From contig JAZROV010000014.1 of assembly GCA_045648885.1 (NCBI GenBank), positions 1-46,660 of the forward strand: 46,660 nt of DNA. The letters run 5' to 3'. Source of the DNA: Candidatus Enterousia sp. GTDB taxonomy: Bacteria; Pseudomonadota; Alphaproteobacteria; Rs-D84. Both the position numbers and the translations under genes were made by a program. Below, one piece after another: positions 1 to 9,023 of the stretch (position 1 is its first letter; every line of letters begins with the position of its first letter). The notes beneath the pieces are model-generated. The model saw only the letters and a list, made by a program, of their open reading frames with translations, ran no database searches and had not been told where the DNA came from.

Positions 1-21
1 TATTATATTTTGTGTTTTCAT
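1..21 (-). CDS. 5' end of a gene running off the left edge (MKTQNII...)
   Basis: Minus strand reads AAAGGAGAAATA-ATG AAA ACA CAA AAT ATA ATA: a strong SD then ATG at 21. Only 7 codons are visible. Confidence 0.55.
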
Positions 22-59
22 TATTTCTCCTTTTGCTTCCTGTTCTTGTTATTTCTTTC

Positions 60-180
60 GGTCACCCCCACCACCCTGCGGGTCCCCCGCCCCCGTGGGG
101 CGGAATTTAGGGCTGGGTGCACTGCTTGTTATTCTCCCCCATTGGGGGAGTGGCGCACCGCGCCGTGGGGGGTAACCCCA
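60..180. repeat. GC-rich REP-like palindrome pair
   Basis: 60-109 is identical to 46437-46486. The same modules (ACCCCCACCACC...GGGGCGGAATT, linker, TTCTCCCCC..GGGGGAG) occur in the 29539-30000 array. Confidence 0.85.
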
Positions 181-204
181 AAAATCTTGTTCGCGTTTAT
201 CAAA

Positions 205-390
205 CGCAAAAAACCACCGGAAAATTCAGGCGGTTGGAGGTTAGAAACAATTTAAACCGAAAATTGCGTCGTTTATTCAAAATATTCACGACCCTCCAAC
301 CCCGTGGTTGGAGATATTTAACGTCGTTGTAGACGCGGTTTAAAAGAGGTTTCTAAGCCCCATCGGAAAAATACTTCCCGACGCTTTCAA
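205..390 (-). ncRNA. C4/CI-like antisense RNA with attenuator leader
   Basis: Minus-strand promoter TTGCAT..TGaTATTAT (419-390), then three short hairpins. TTAGAAAC (356-349) and TTTAAACCG (344-336) are complementary to 248-241 and 259-251. Alternative GGTTGGAGG pairings and a U-tailed terminator at 235-208. Confidence 0.55.
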
Positions 391-429
391 TAATATCATA
401 TTTCGCACTTTTGATGCAAGGGGGAATTT

Positions 430-1647
430 TTATTCGTATCTTAAACTGTCAATCGGGTTTAATTTGGCCGCTTTGATTGCAGGCATCACACCCGACGCCA
501 ATCCTACGACCGCCGCGACCGATATCGACACCACCACCGGCCAAATACTGAACGGAACATTATAGTGTAATATAAATCGACCCACGCCTTGGGACAACCC
601 AACGCCCAGAATCAAACCAAACATCGACCCAATGAAAGATATCATTATTGATTCGGATAAAAATTGAATGATAATTGTGCTTTCTTGGGCGCCGATTGCT
701 TTGCGAATACCGATTTCGCGCGTGCGTTCTGCGACCGACACCAACATCATGTTCATAATACCAATTGACCCAACCAGCAACGATACCGCCGCAATCGCAA
801 CCAATAACAAAGTCAAATAACTGCTGATGTTGTTCATGGTTTCCATGACTTGCTTCATATCAGTAATTTGGAAATCGTCGTCATCGCCGTCTTTTAATTT
901 ATGCCGTTCGCGCAAAAGTGCAGTTATTTGATCAGACACAACATTATTGTCTGCATCTTGATATAATTTCAGCGACACACTTTGCACAGCGTTCGGAAAA
1001 CGCGAACCATTTATACGCTTTTTCAAAGTCGTTATTGGCACGATTACCATATCGTCTTGGGACATCATACCCGAATCACCCTTTGCCTTCGTTACACCAA
1101 TAATGGTCAGGGGGGTATTACGAACACGAATGACTTCGCCAATTGGATTTTTTGGCAAATCTAATTCTTCGGCTGTATCGTGGCCAATCACTGCATAGGT
1201 CGACGCATTACGAACGGCAGACGTATCAAAAAACGAACCGTATTCCATTTCTATATTTTGAACGATTGTATATCCAGGATACACCCCCACCACAGATGTC
1301 GCCCAATTTTTATTACCGTATACAACCTGGGCCGAACTGTTTTCAACCGGCGAAACCGCCGCCACATCTGGTAATTTAGACAACGCCTCTACATCGTCCA
1401 TCGTCAAAGTCATACGATTGCCCATGCGAACACCCGCACTTTGCGCCGCACCCGCACGTATCATCAATGTATTCGTTCCCAATGATGAAAATTGATCTGT
1501 GATTGATTGTTGAACCGTTTCACCAACTGCGACCATTATCACCACCGCCATAATGCCAATAACTATACCCAACACAGTCAAAAAAGACCGCATTTTGTTG
1601 CCACTGATTGAAAGCCACGATTCGTGCACAATGTCATAAAGTGTCAT
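430..1647 (-). CDS. ABC transporter permease, MacB/FtsX family
   Basis: RSFLTVLGIVIGI N-terminal TM helix, large periplasmic domain, GIMNMMLVSVAERTREIGIRKAIGA motif. Confidence 0.93.
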   Translation of the reverse strand: MTLYDIVHESWLSISGNKMRSFLTVLGIVIGIMAVVIMVAVGETVQQSITDQFSSLGTNTLMIRAGAAQSAGVRMGNRMTLTMDDVEALSKLPDVAAVSPVENSSAQVVYGNKNWATSVVGVYPGYTIVQNIEMEYGSFFDTSAVRNASTYAVIGHDTAEELDLPKNPIGEVIRVRNTPLTIIGVTKAKGDSGMMSQDDMVIVPITTLKKRINGSRFPNAVQSVSLKLYQDADNNVVSDQITALLRERHKLKDGDDDDFQITDMKQVMETMNNISSYLTLLLVAIAAVSLLVGSIGIMNMMLVSVAERTREIGIRKAIGAQESTIIIQFLSESIMISFIGSMFGLILGVGLSQGVGRFILHYNVPFSIWPVVVSISVAAVVGLASGVMPAIKAAKLNPIDSLRYE

Positions 1648-2426
1648 TTTCGATGCGCCTTTTGTTCTGATTTTACCAACACAGATTCATTTTTAGGAAT
1701 CGGACCATCATACGTAATATGCCCGTCATAGATATGTATAACGCGTCGCGCGTATTGCGCAATTTCAAATTCGTGAGTAATCATAACTATCGTTATACCG
1801 ATATCTTGGTTTAATTTTTTGAAAAACCGCAAGATTTCATTCCCCATTTTGGAATCTAATGCCCCGGTTGGTTCGTCTGCCAGAATGATTTTTGGATCGC
1901 CTGCCAATGCACGCGCAATCGCAACACGCTGTTTCATACCACCAGACAATTGAGTCGGCAAATAAGTTTCAAATTTTTCCAGATTTACCAATTTCAACAT
2001 TTCACGCGCACGCGATTCACGCTCTGCCATCGGCAAACCACGATACATCAATGGCAACATCACATTATCCAAAATATTGCGTTTCGGCAGCAAATTAAAA
2101 TTTTGAAACACAAAGCCAATATATTCATTGCGAACGCGCGCTAATTCATCCGGGGTCATGGTAGTAATGTCTTTGCCATACAATTCATACGTCCCAGACG
2201 TCGCAGAATCTAATGCCCCAATAATATTCATACATGTTGATTTACCAGACCCCGACGGTCCCATAATCGCAACAAATTCCCCCGGCATAACGCTGAACGT
2301 GTTGTCAAATAAAACCTGCTGCTGCCCGCCGATTTCCAGCGGATACGTCTTGCAGATTTTTTTCATAGAAATTATTGGTGTCTGTTTCATATCTTCGACC
2401 TTAACGTGGGCCACCGCCTGGGCCAC
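1644..2426 (-). CDS. ABC transporter ATP-binding protein, MacB/LolD-like (true start may be 2390)
   Basis: Walker A GPSGSGKS, signature LSGGMKQRVAIARAL, Walker B ILADEPT. Confidence 0.93.
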   Translation of the reverse strand: MAQAVAHVKVEDMKQTPIISMKKICKTYPLEIGGQQQVLFDNTFSVMPGEFVAIMGPSGSGKSTCMNIIGALDSATSGTYELYGKDITTMTPDELARVRNEYIGFVFQNFNLLPKRNILDNVMLPLMYRGLPMAERESRAREMLKLVNLEKFETYLPTQLSGGMKQRVAIARALAGDPKIILADEPTGALDSKMGNEILRFFKKLNQDIGITIVMITHEFEIAQYARRVIHIYDGHITYDGPIPKNESVLVKSEQKAHRK

Positions 2427-3576
2427 CCATCATACCATTGCGTTTCGCCGCAGATTTAGACGCCTGGCCGACATAGCCAACTATGATTTTATCACCGTCA
2501 ACAATTTCGTCTGATATAATCTGGGTTTCTGTGGCGGTCGATAAACCTTTGGTATATTTTACGAAAACTATATCTTTGTCGCGTTTTATTGCTAAATGCG
2601 TTTTCGGCGTGACATCAGCATCTGGAACCGCAACTATATCGTCAAAAGACCGCAATAAAAATGCAGAATTTTGCGCTTTCCATGTGTCTTTGGCCGCCTG
2701 GATAATAATCGTCACGAACGCAGTCATACCCGGCATCAAACGCAAATCAGAATTATCTACGTCAATCACAACCGTATAAACAACAACGTTCGAAGTCATT
2801 GTCGGCGACAAACGAATCTGGCGCACCGAACCTTCAAATTTCTGGTTCGGATATGCGTCCACAGTGAATGTCACAGATTGTCCCTCTTTGATAACACCGA
2901 TGTCCGCTTCGGATACAGATGTTTCAATCTGCATTTTGGTTAAATCTTCGGCAATTTCAAACAAATCAGGCGTCTGAAACGATGCAGCCACCGTTTGACC
3001 TTTGTCCACTTTGCGCGAAATCACAGTTCCATCAACCGGCGAAGTAATCGTCGCATAGCCCAAATTTGTCACCGCACGATTGTATGTGTATTTCATTTGA
3101 TTGACACGTTGTTCCGCCTGTTCGAATGTCGTCTGAGATTGTTCCATTTCTGCGCGCGAGATATACCCGTCGTTATAAAGTGTTTTATTGCGTTCATATT
3201 CTGATTTAGCATATTTTAATTGTGATTCAGCAGACACCAGCGACGCTTTGGCTTCGTCAACCGACGATTGCAAAACAGATGTATCAATTTTCAACAATAA
3301 ATCGCCCTGCTTTACTTTCGAATTATAATCAACATACAATTCTTCAATGGTACCAGAAACCTGGGACCCAACACTGACCGTGTTCAACGGCATAATTTCC
3401 CCGGTTGCAGTCACTGTCTGGGACAAATTTCCGCGCGTAATATCGACTGTGACATAACTTTTGGCAGTCTTTGATTTACCGCCAATACCCAAAATCAAAA
3501 TACACCCGACAATCGCCAACAAAAAAATGGTCAGCCATTTATGACGTAAAACCCAAAATTTCTTTTTCTTATTCAT
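2401..3576 (-). CDS. Efflux periplasmic adaptor subunit, MacA-like
   Basis: N-terminal TM helix, VGSQVSG lipoyl-like motif, helical hairpin, SPVDG..GQTVAASFQTP; lies between tolC and the ABC genes. Confidence 0.9.
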   Translation of the reverse strand: MNKKKKFWVLRHKWLTIFLLAIVGCILILGIGGKSKTAKSYVTVDITRGNLSQTVTATGEIMPLNTVSVGSQVSGTIEELYVDYNSKVKQGDLLLKIDTSVLQSSVDEAKASLVSAESQLKYAKSEYERNKTLYNDGYISRAEMEQSQTTFEQAEQRVNQMKYTYNRAVTNLGYATITSPVDGTVISRKVDKGQTVAASFQTPDLFEIAEDLTKMQIETSVSEADIGVIKEGQSVTFTVDAYPNQKFEGSVRQIRLSPTMTSNVVVYTVVIDVDNSDLRLMPGMTAFVTIIIQAAKDTWKAQNSAFLLRSFDDIVAVPDADVTPKTHLAIKRDKDIVFVKYTKGLSTATETQIISDEIVDGDKIIVGYVGQASKSAAKRNGMMGGPGGGPR

Positions 3577-4888
3577 TCATCTCTCCCTCTAATTCAGAGC
3601 GCAAATCACCAATCGCCAACGCCACGGCAGCACGTTTAATAAATAAATCATATTTCGCACTGTTGCGCTGATTTTTCGCATTCACTAATTCAGATTGCGC
3701 CGTCTGCCAATCTAACATTGTCGCACGTCCAACCTTGTACATTCCGGACGTCACACGTTCGCTTTCTGTTGCAGATTTTAATAATGATTCAGTTTGATCC
3801 AACACAGTCCGCGCAGTCTTGTAATTCTGATATGCAGTAAAAACATCCATCATCGCATTATTGTTCGTCGCCAATTCATTATATTTTGCACGTTCATAGT
3901 CCGCTTCGGCTGCGCGTAAATTATACATATTGGCAAAGCCTGCAAACAACGGCATCGATGCGCGAATACCAATCGACCCGTTTGTTTTATTTGATTCAAA
4001 CATATTCGACAAATCATCATTGTTCCAACCCACCGATGCACTGGCAGAAATTGACGGTAAATTTTTCAAGAACGCGCTGTTTCGTTTATGCCACGCGGCA
4101 TCTTTGTTCGCACGCGCACGCAGCAAATCAGGTCTTTTTTCTTGGGCAATTTTTATCAATTCATCAATACTTTCATTTTCTGCATCGCTTCCAAAAGACG
4201 AAGACATATCTGCAATTTTTATATCCTGGTCTGCCGGAAAAGAAAGTTTGTTTAACAATGTCGCTTTTGTAATTTCACGATTGTTTTTTGCGCGTTCCAA
4301 TGCCAATTTAGAAGACGCCAATGTGGTTTCAGATTTATAAACGTCGGCTTTAGCCACCGCCCCAGCCTTAAACTTTTTTGATGCAGTATCATATGCAGTC
4401 TGGGCCACAGTCAACGCAGATTGCGCCGCATCGACATTCGCATTTGCGTTTAATAATTCATAATAAGAACCGACCAAACCATAAACAAAATTTTGAACGG
4501 TTTCACTGTAATCAAAACCGGCCGCACGATATGCCGATATCAATTGATTCATATCAGATGTCCGTTTACCAAAATCAAAAATCAAATACGAAGCAGAAAT
4601 CGATGCACCATACGACCAATCTTGCCATTGTTTATCCCTGTAATCTTTACCAGCCGAAACCGACGCAGACACATTTGGCAAATAATTTGCATAGCCTGCA
4701 TTTTTACTGAAATGCGATGCACGCAGCGACTGATACGCCGCCGCAGTTTGTGGATTACGACACAGGCCCAATTCAATAACATCTTGCAATGATTGTTCGG
4801 AATCTGGCATATTGCGCATTGTTGCACAATCATCTGACCCGAATGCAACAGACGGCAAAACACACAGCGCAACAAACCATCGTTTCAT
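3569..4888 (-). CDS. TolC-family outer membrane efflux protein
   Basis: Signal peptide, two OEP-type repeats, position at the head of the MacAB-type operon. Confidence 0.88.
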   Translation of the reverse strand: MKRWFVALCVLPSVAFGSDDCATMRNMPDSEQSLQDVIELGLCRNPQTAAAYQSLRASHFSKNAGYANYLPNVSASVSAGKDYRDKQWQDWSYGASISASYLIFDFGKRTSDMNQLISAYRAAGFDYSETVQNFVYGLVGSYYELLNANANVDAAQSALTVAQTAYDTASKKFKAGAVAKADVYKSETTLASSKLALERAKNNREITKATLLNKLSFPADQDIKIADMSSSFGSDAENESIDELIKIAQEKRPDLLRARANKDAAWHKRNSAFLKNLPSISASASVGWNNDDLSNMFESNKTNGSIGIRASMPLFAGFANMYNLRAAEADYERAKYNELATNNNAMMDVFTAYQNYKTARTVLDQTESLLKSATESERVTSGMYKVGRATMLDWQTAQSELVNAKNQRNSAKYDLFIKRAAVALAIGDLRSELEGEMNE

Positions 4889-4974
4889 TGAAAAAAACTC
4901 CTACAATACAATGATATTTATCCTATCAGAGATTATGAAAATTTACAACAAAAATTAAATTTTGTTATAAAAAT

Positions 4975-5004
4975 AAAAACATCGTCAAACTGGACGATGT
5001 TTTT
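4975..5004. terminator. Intrinsic terminator after nrdG
   Basis: AAAAACATCGTC-AAACTG-GACGATGTTTTT hairpin. Confidence 0.75.
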
Positions 5005-5018
5005 ATCGATTTTAAATT

Positions 5019-5768
5019 TTATTTATCACGCCAGATTACACTTTCAAACATTGCATCTATTTTTTGACGCAATTCTTCATCTACAAAAAATTGCATTCTG
5101 GCCGCGTCAGTCGTTTGCGGATGCGTATTGTCATTGTGTGTTTCGTTATGACATCCACATTTTTCGCAATCACATTCATGATACGGACTATATTTTTGAA
5201 CTGCGAAATTTTTAGCGCCCATTGACGACGTAATTTGTGCAATTTCTAATAAATCAGTTTTGCTGACGTATTCAGGATCACAGGTTGTGCGCACTTCCAA
5301 TCCGCGTCCAGTTGACACCCAATATTTCAAAGATTCAATCATACGGTCATAGCCAACTTCAACCCCAGTTAAATCTTTATATCGTGCCTTGGTCGCTTTG
5401 AAATCAAGCCCAACCCAATCAACCGTGTCTGACACTTTCTTTAATAAATCTGGATAAAAACCATTTGTATGCAATCCGATTGCGAAACCCAATTCACGCA
5501 CACGACGCATATAATCAATCGTCGCATCGGCCTGCATCAATGCTTCACCGCCGGAAAAAACAACGCCCTCTAATTTTCCAACACGGTTTTTCAACCATTC
5601 GAAAACTTTATCCGGATCGTATTCCCCATCACCCAATGGTATCAGATGCGGATTCGAACAATACGCGCATTTAAACGGACATCCACAAAGAAATAATACA
5701 GCGGCCAGTTTCCCCGGAAAATCAATCGTTGTAAAGGAAACCAGGCCGCCAATTTGAATTTGTTTCAT
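5019..5768 (-). CDS. nrdG: Anaerobic ribonucleotide reductase activase (radical SAM)
   Basis: CPFKCAYC (CxxxCxxC), SGGE and GLHTNG motifs; adjacent to nrdD. Confidence 0.9.
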   Translation of the reverse strand: MKQIQIGGLVSFTTIDFPGKLAAVLFLCGCPFKCAYCSNPHLIPLGDGEYDPDKVFEWLKNRVGKLEGVVFSGGEALMQADATIDYMRRVRELGFAIGLHTNGFYPDLLKKVSDTVDWVGLDFKATKARYKDLTGVEVGYDRMIESLKYWVSTGRGLEVRTTCDPEYVSKTDLLEIAQITSSMGAKNFAVQKYSPYHECDCEKCGCHNETHNDNTHPQTTDAARMQFFVDEELRQKIDAMFESVIWRDK

Positions 5769-5783
5769 GTTGACAATGAACCC

Positions 5784-5963
5784 TTATGCGGCCTTTTTCA
5801 TCAATTCTACGTGACGCGCACCAGTTGTCAAACAATTCGATTCAGTGAATGTTTTACGTTCGCAAAATTCAGCATATTTTCCTGTATTAAAATTGCTGAC
5901 AGGTCTGATATATCCCATTGCACGTGAAAATTTTTCGCATGGTGTTCTGGTTTGTGGGTTCAT
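5784..5963 (-). CDS. 59-aa NrdD C-terminal glycyl-radical module, absent from the ORF track
   Basis: Own SD (GGAAAGGAG). Translates MNPQTRTPCEKFSRAMGYIRPVSNFNTGKYAEFCERKTF..., matching the NrdD C-terminal SRxxGYxRPV..N.GK..EF..R motif. Confidence 0.88.
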   Translation of the reverse strand: MNPQTRTPCEKFSRAMGYIRPVSNFNTGKYAEFCERKTFTESNCLTTGARHVELMKKAA

Positions 5964-6005
5964 TTTACTCTCCTTTCCTTAGTATGTTTTTTGTTATTAT
6001 TTTGT

Positions 6006-8060
6006 TTAATTGTTGCCGCAATCTTTGCATTGCAAATCATTGCTGTTCGCAGCGATTTCTGCATCACATTTCGGACAGAAATCATGCGCACCCGGCAAAT
6101 AGCCATGTTTTGGACAGATTGAAAATGTTGTTGTCAATGTCATATATGGCACTTTGTAATTTTCGAAAATCGTCCGAACAATCTTTTCAGCCGCATCACC
6201 CGAAGACACAGGTTCACCCATATAAAGGTGCAACATCGTGCCGCCAGTATATTTACGCTGTAATTCTTCTTGGTGTTCCAAGGCGACAAATGGGTCGTCT
6301 GTGAAATACACCGGCAATTGAGTTGAATTTGTATAATATGGTGCGTCCGGCGTTCCCGCAGTTATAATATCTGGATAATTCTTTTTATCCGTTTTTGCGA
6401 AACGATATGCACAACCTTCTGCTGGGGTCGCTTCCAAATTATACAGGTTTCCGGTTTTTTCTTGGTATTCAACCAAATTCGTACGGATGAAATCCATAAC
6501 TTCCAAAACCAAATTTTTACCGAACACAGTTGCAATATTATCACTGCCGTTTGTGAAATTCATAACCATTTCGTTCGCACCGTTCACACCAATGGTCGAA
6601 AAATGGTGGTTCCAGCTGCCCAGATAACGTTTTGTAAATGGATACAAACCATGTTCCAAATTTTTCGAAATAATCTTGCGTTTGATTTCCAACGAATCAC
6701 GCGCCAAATCTAACAGACGTTTTAATTCGCGGAACAAACCTTCACGGTCACCCTTGTGCAGATATCCCAAACGCGCCAAATTGATTGTGACAACGCCAAT
6801 AGAACCGGTCTTTTCAGCAGATCCAAACAACCCGCCACCACGTTTCAACAATTCACGCACATCCAAACGCAATCTGCAACACATAGAACGCACATCTGTC
6901 GGATTCAAATCAGAATTCAAGAAATTCTGGAAATTCGGTATGCCGTATTTCGCCGCCAAATCAAACAAAGGTTTGACGTTCGGATGATCCCATGGAAAAT
7001 CGTCTGTGATGTTATATGTTGGAATTGGGAACGTAAATGGACGACCCAATGCGTCACCTTCAGTCATGACTTCTATGAACGCTTTGTTAATCATATCCAT
7101 TTCAGGTTGCAAATCACCATATGTGAAATCAACCATCTTTTTACCAACAAACGGACGTTGATCGCGCAAATCTTTCGGACACGTCCAATCAAACGTGAAA
7201 TTGATAAATGGTGTCTGGGTTCCCCAACGGCAAGGCACAGAACAATTGAACACCAATGTCTGCATAGAATTTTTCACATCAGCATAAGATAATTTATCCA
7301 AACGAACATATGGCGCCAAATATGTGTCAACCGATGAAAACGCCTGGGCCCCTGCAAATTCGTTCTGTAATGTGCCCAAAAAATTCACCATATGAGAAAC
7401 AGCAGTCGCCATATGACGCGCCGGTTCACATTGCAAATAACCCTTTACCCCGTTAAATCCTTCGTATAACAATTCGCGCAAAGACCACCCGGCACAATAA
7501 CCCGTCAACCAACCCAAATCATGGATATGGAACGCGGCAGATTTGTGTGCTTCGGCCACTTCGCGTGGGTATAAACTCAACCAATATTCCGCGGTCATAC
7601 GTTCACTGGTTCTTAAAATCAAACCACCAATCGAATAACCGATATTAGAATTTTCTTTCACGCGCCAATCTGCTTCGGAGACATAACCGTTGATAACTTC
7701 TACTGCATCAACCAACGAATTACGAATCTCAGAACGTTTCTGACGATATATTATATAAGATTCAGCAGTCTTATATGCGCGTGCATCCATCAATGTTTGA
7801 ATAACAACTTCTTGGATATTTTCTACATCTGGCACCTGGTCAGCATATTTTTTATCCAAACGTTTCAAAACATCTTGGGTTATTTTGACAATATCAGCAT
7901 CAGAAATTTCGCATGTGACATCCACGGCCTTTTTAATAGCTTCAAAAATCTTTTTTGCATCAAACGGAACAACTTCACCTGAACGTTTTTTAATAGATTC
8001 CAATTTGCACGTCAGTGTTGATACAACCTGTATTTTAACTTCGTTTTCCATATTCGCCAT
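6006..8060 (-). CDS. nrdD: Class III ribonucleoside-triphosphate reductase large subunit, lacking the glycyl-radical tail
   Basis: N-terminal ATP cone (KKRSG..VPFD..KI), HIHDL, GYCAGW, SMCCRL, EATPAEG, YTGGT and Zn site CPKH..CPKC. Confidence 0.93.
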   Translation of the reverse strand: MANMENEVKIQVVSTLTCKLESIKKRSGEVVPFDAKKIFEAIKKAVDVTCEISDADIVKITQDVLKRLDKKYADQVPDVENIQEVVIQTLMDARAYKTAESYIIYRQKRSEIRNSLVDAVEVINGYVSEADWRVKENSNIGYSIGGLILRTSERMTAEYWLSLYPREVAEAHKSAAFHIHDLGWLTGYCAGWSLRELLYEGFNGVKGYLQCEPARHMATAVSHMVNFLGTLQNEFAGAQAFSSVDTYLAPYVRLDKLSYADVKNSMQTLVFNCSVPCRWGTQTPFINFTFDWTCPKDLRDQRPFVGKKMVDFTYGDLQPEMDMINKAFIEVMTEGDALGRPFTFPIPTYNITDDFPWDHPNVKPLFDLAAKYGIPNFQNFLNSDLNPTDVRSMCCRLRLDVRELLKRGGGLFGSAEKTGSIGVVTINLARLGYLHKGDREGLFRELKRLLDLARDSLEIKRKIISKNLEHGLYPFTKRYLGSWNHHFSTIGVNGANEMVMNFTNGSDNIATVFGKNLVLEVMDFIRTNLVEYQEKTGNLYNLEATPAEGCAYRFAKTDKKNYPDIITAGTPDAPYYTNSTQLPVYFTDDPFVALEHQEELQRKYTGGTMLHLYMGEPVSSGDAAEKIVRTIFENYKVPYMTLTTTFSICPKHGYLPGAHDFCPKCDAEIAANSNDLQCKDCGNN

Positions 8061-8085
8061 TTACCTTTCCTTATTTTTGGCAAAA

Positions 8086-8134
8086 ACACTATATATAGTA
8101 TCTTTTTGGTTTCCTAAGACACAATATACAGTAT
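8086..8134. promoter_or_regulatory. Tandem NrdR boxes
   Basis: ACACTATATATAGTAT (8086-8101) and ACACAATATACAGTAT (8119-8134) match the acaCwAtATaTwGtgt consensus. They are 33 bp apart, just upstream of nrdD. Confidence 0.8.
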
Positions 8135-8429
8135 TTAATATTTATTCTCATTATTAAAAAAAAATTTTTTTTATTTTTTTTTGTTGCAATTCTCTATACC
8201 GCATGGGCTGTGGCTTTGGGACGATTTTCATACTACCGATTCGGTTGTATTTTGGACACTAAATATATTTTTGTATTTATTTTCGTCAAAAAAAGCAAAA
8301 AAATCCGATTCGAATCGTGCAAAAAATCAAAATATAGGCAAAAAATTATCAATTTGAATCAACATATTGATTTTTTGACGTTATCTCGTTGAATAAAGGC
8401 ATTTTTATAAATATTTTCCGAATCTGTTC

Positions 8430-8544
8430 AAAAAAAACGCACATAAAAACTAAACAAACAGGGTGATGGGACCGACCCGAAAATCAGGATTTTTTTGCGA
8501 AAGCCACCACCCTATTTTTATACTCTCTCACTCTGCTTTCGCAA
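8430..8544 (-). ncRNA. Candidate pseudoknotted small RNA
   Basis: Minus-strand TTGATA-N18-TATATT promoter. Stems 8544-8535/8504-8495 and 8513-8504/8469-8460 interleave (H-type geometry); U-rich 3' end. Confidence 0.4.
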
Positions 8545-8580
8545 TAACAATATAACACATTAAATAAAATATTATCAACA

Positions 8581-8607
8581 AAAAGAATGCCAAAGCGGCA
8601 TTCTTTT
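8581..8607. terminator. Intrinsic terminator after the DUF378 gene
   Basis: AAAAGAATGCC-AAAGC-GGCATTCTTTT. Confidence 0.75.
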
Positions 8608-8629
8608 GAAAGAAATACAACGATAAAAT

Positions 8630-8860
8630 TTAATTACGACGTTTTACGTATTCTTCATCACGTGGGCTTTCACCGAATATCCACACCAAAGCCCAAATCA
8701 ACGCGGCCAAACCGATAACGGCATAGACCAATCTGGACATCAATGTCATCGGTCCAAAAATCCAGGCGACTAAATCGAATCTGAAAAACCCGACCAATCC
8801 CCAGTTTAATGCACCGATTAAAGACAACGGTTTTAACACATAATGTAACAAAGCACCCAT
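8630..8860 (-). CDS. DUF378 small membrane protein
   Basis: IGALNWGLVGFFRFDLVAWIFG...SRLVYAVIGLAA motif; SD ACAGGAG. Confidence 0.85.
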   Translation of the reverse strand: MGALLHYVLKPLSLIGALNWGLVGFFRFDLVAWIFGPMTLMSRLVYAVIGLAALIWALVWIFGESPRDEEYVKRRN

Positions 8861-8974
8861 TTTTTTCTCCTGTGGTTAAATAATGGTTGTTTAAGTCTTA
8901 ACGACAAATACATTATAAATAAATATCAAACCCATTTCCGTAGGAACGATATCTTAAACAAAAAATCTGGCATA

Positions 8975-9006
8975 ACAAAAACCCCGACGGTTGGTCGGGG
9001 TTTTGT
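8975..9006. terminator. Intrinsic terminator after ppdK
   Basis: AAAAACCCCGAC-GGTTG-GTCGGGGTTTT. Confidence 0.8.
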
Positions 9007-9023
9007 GTTTGTTTGCACGTAAA

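Noticed and set aside
430-4888. Macrolide resistance (macAB) assignment
   Set aside because: The family is clear, but the ATPase and permease are separate genes and the substrate cannot be inferred.
6006-8060. nrdD pseudogene
   Set aside because: The missing tail is present as an intact downstream ORF with an SD, and the NrdR boxes and nrdG are intact.
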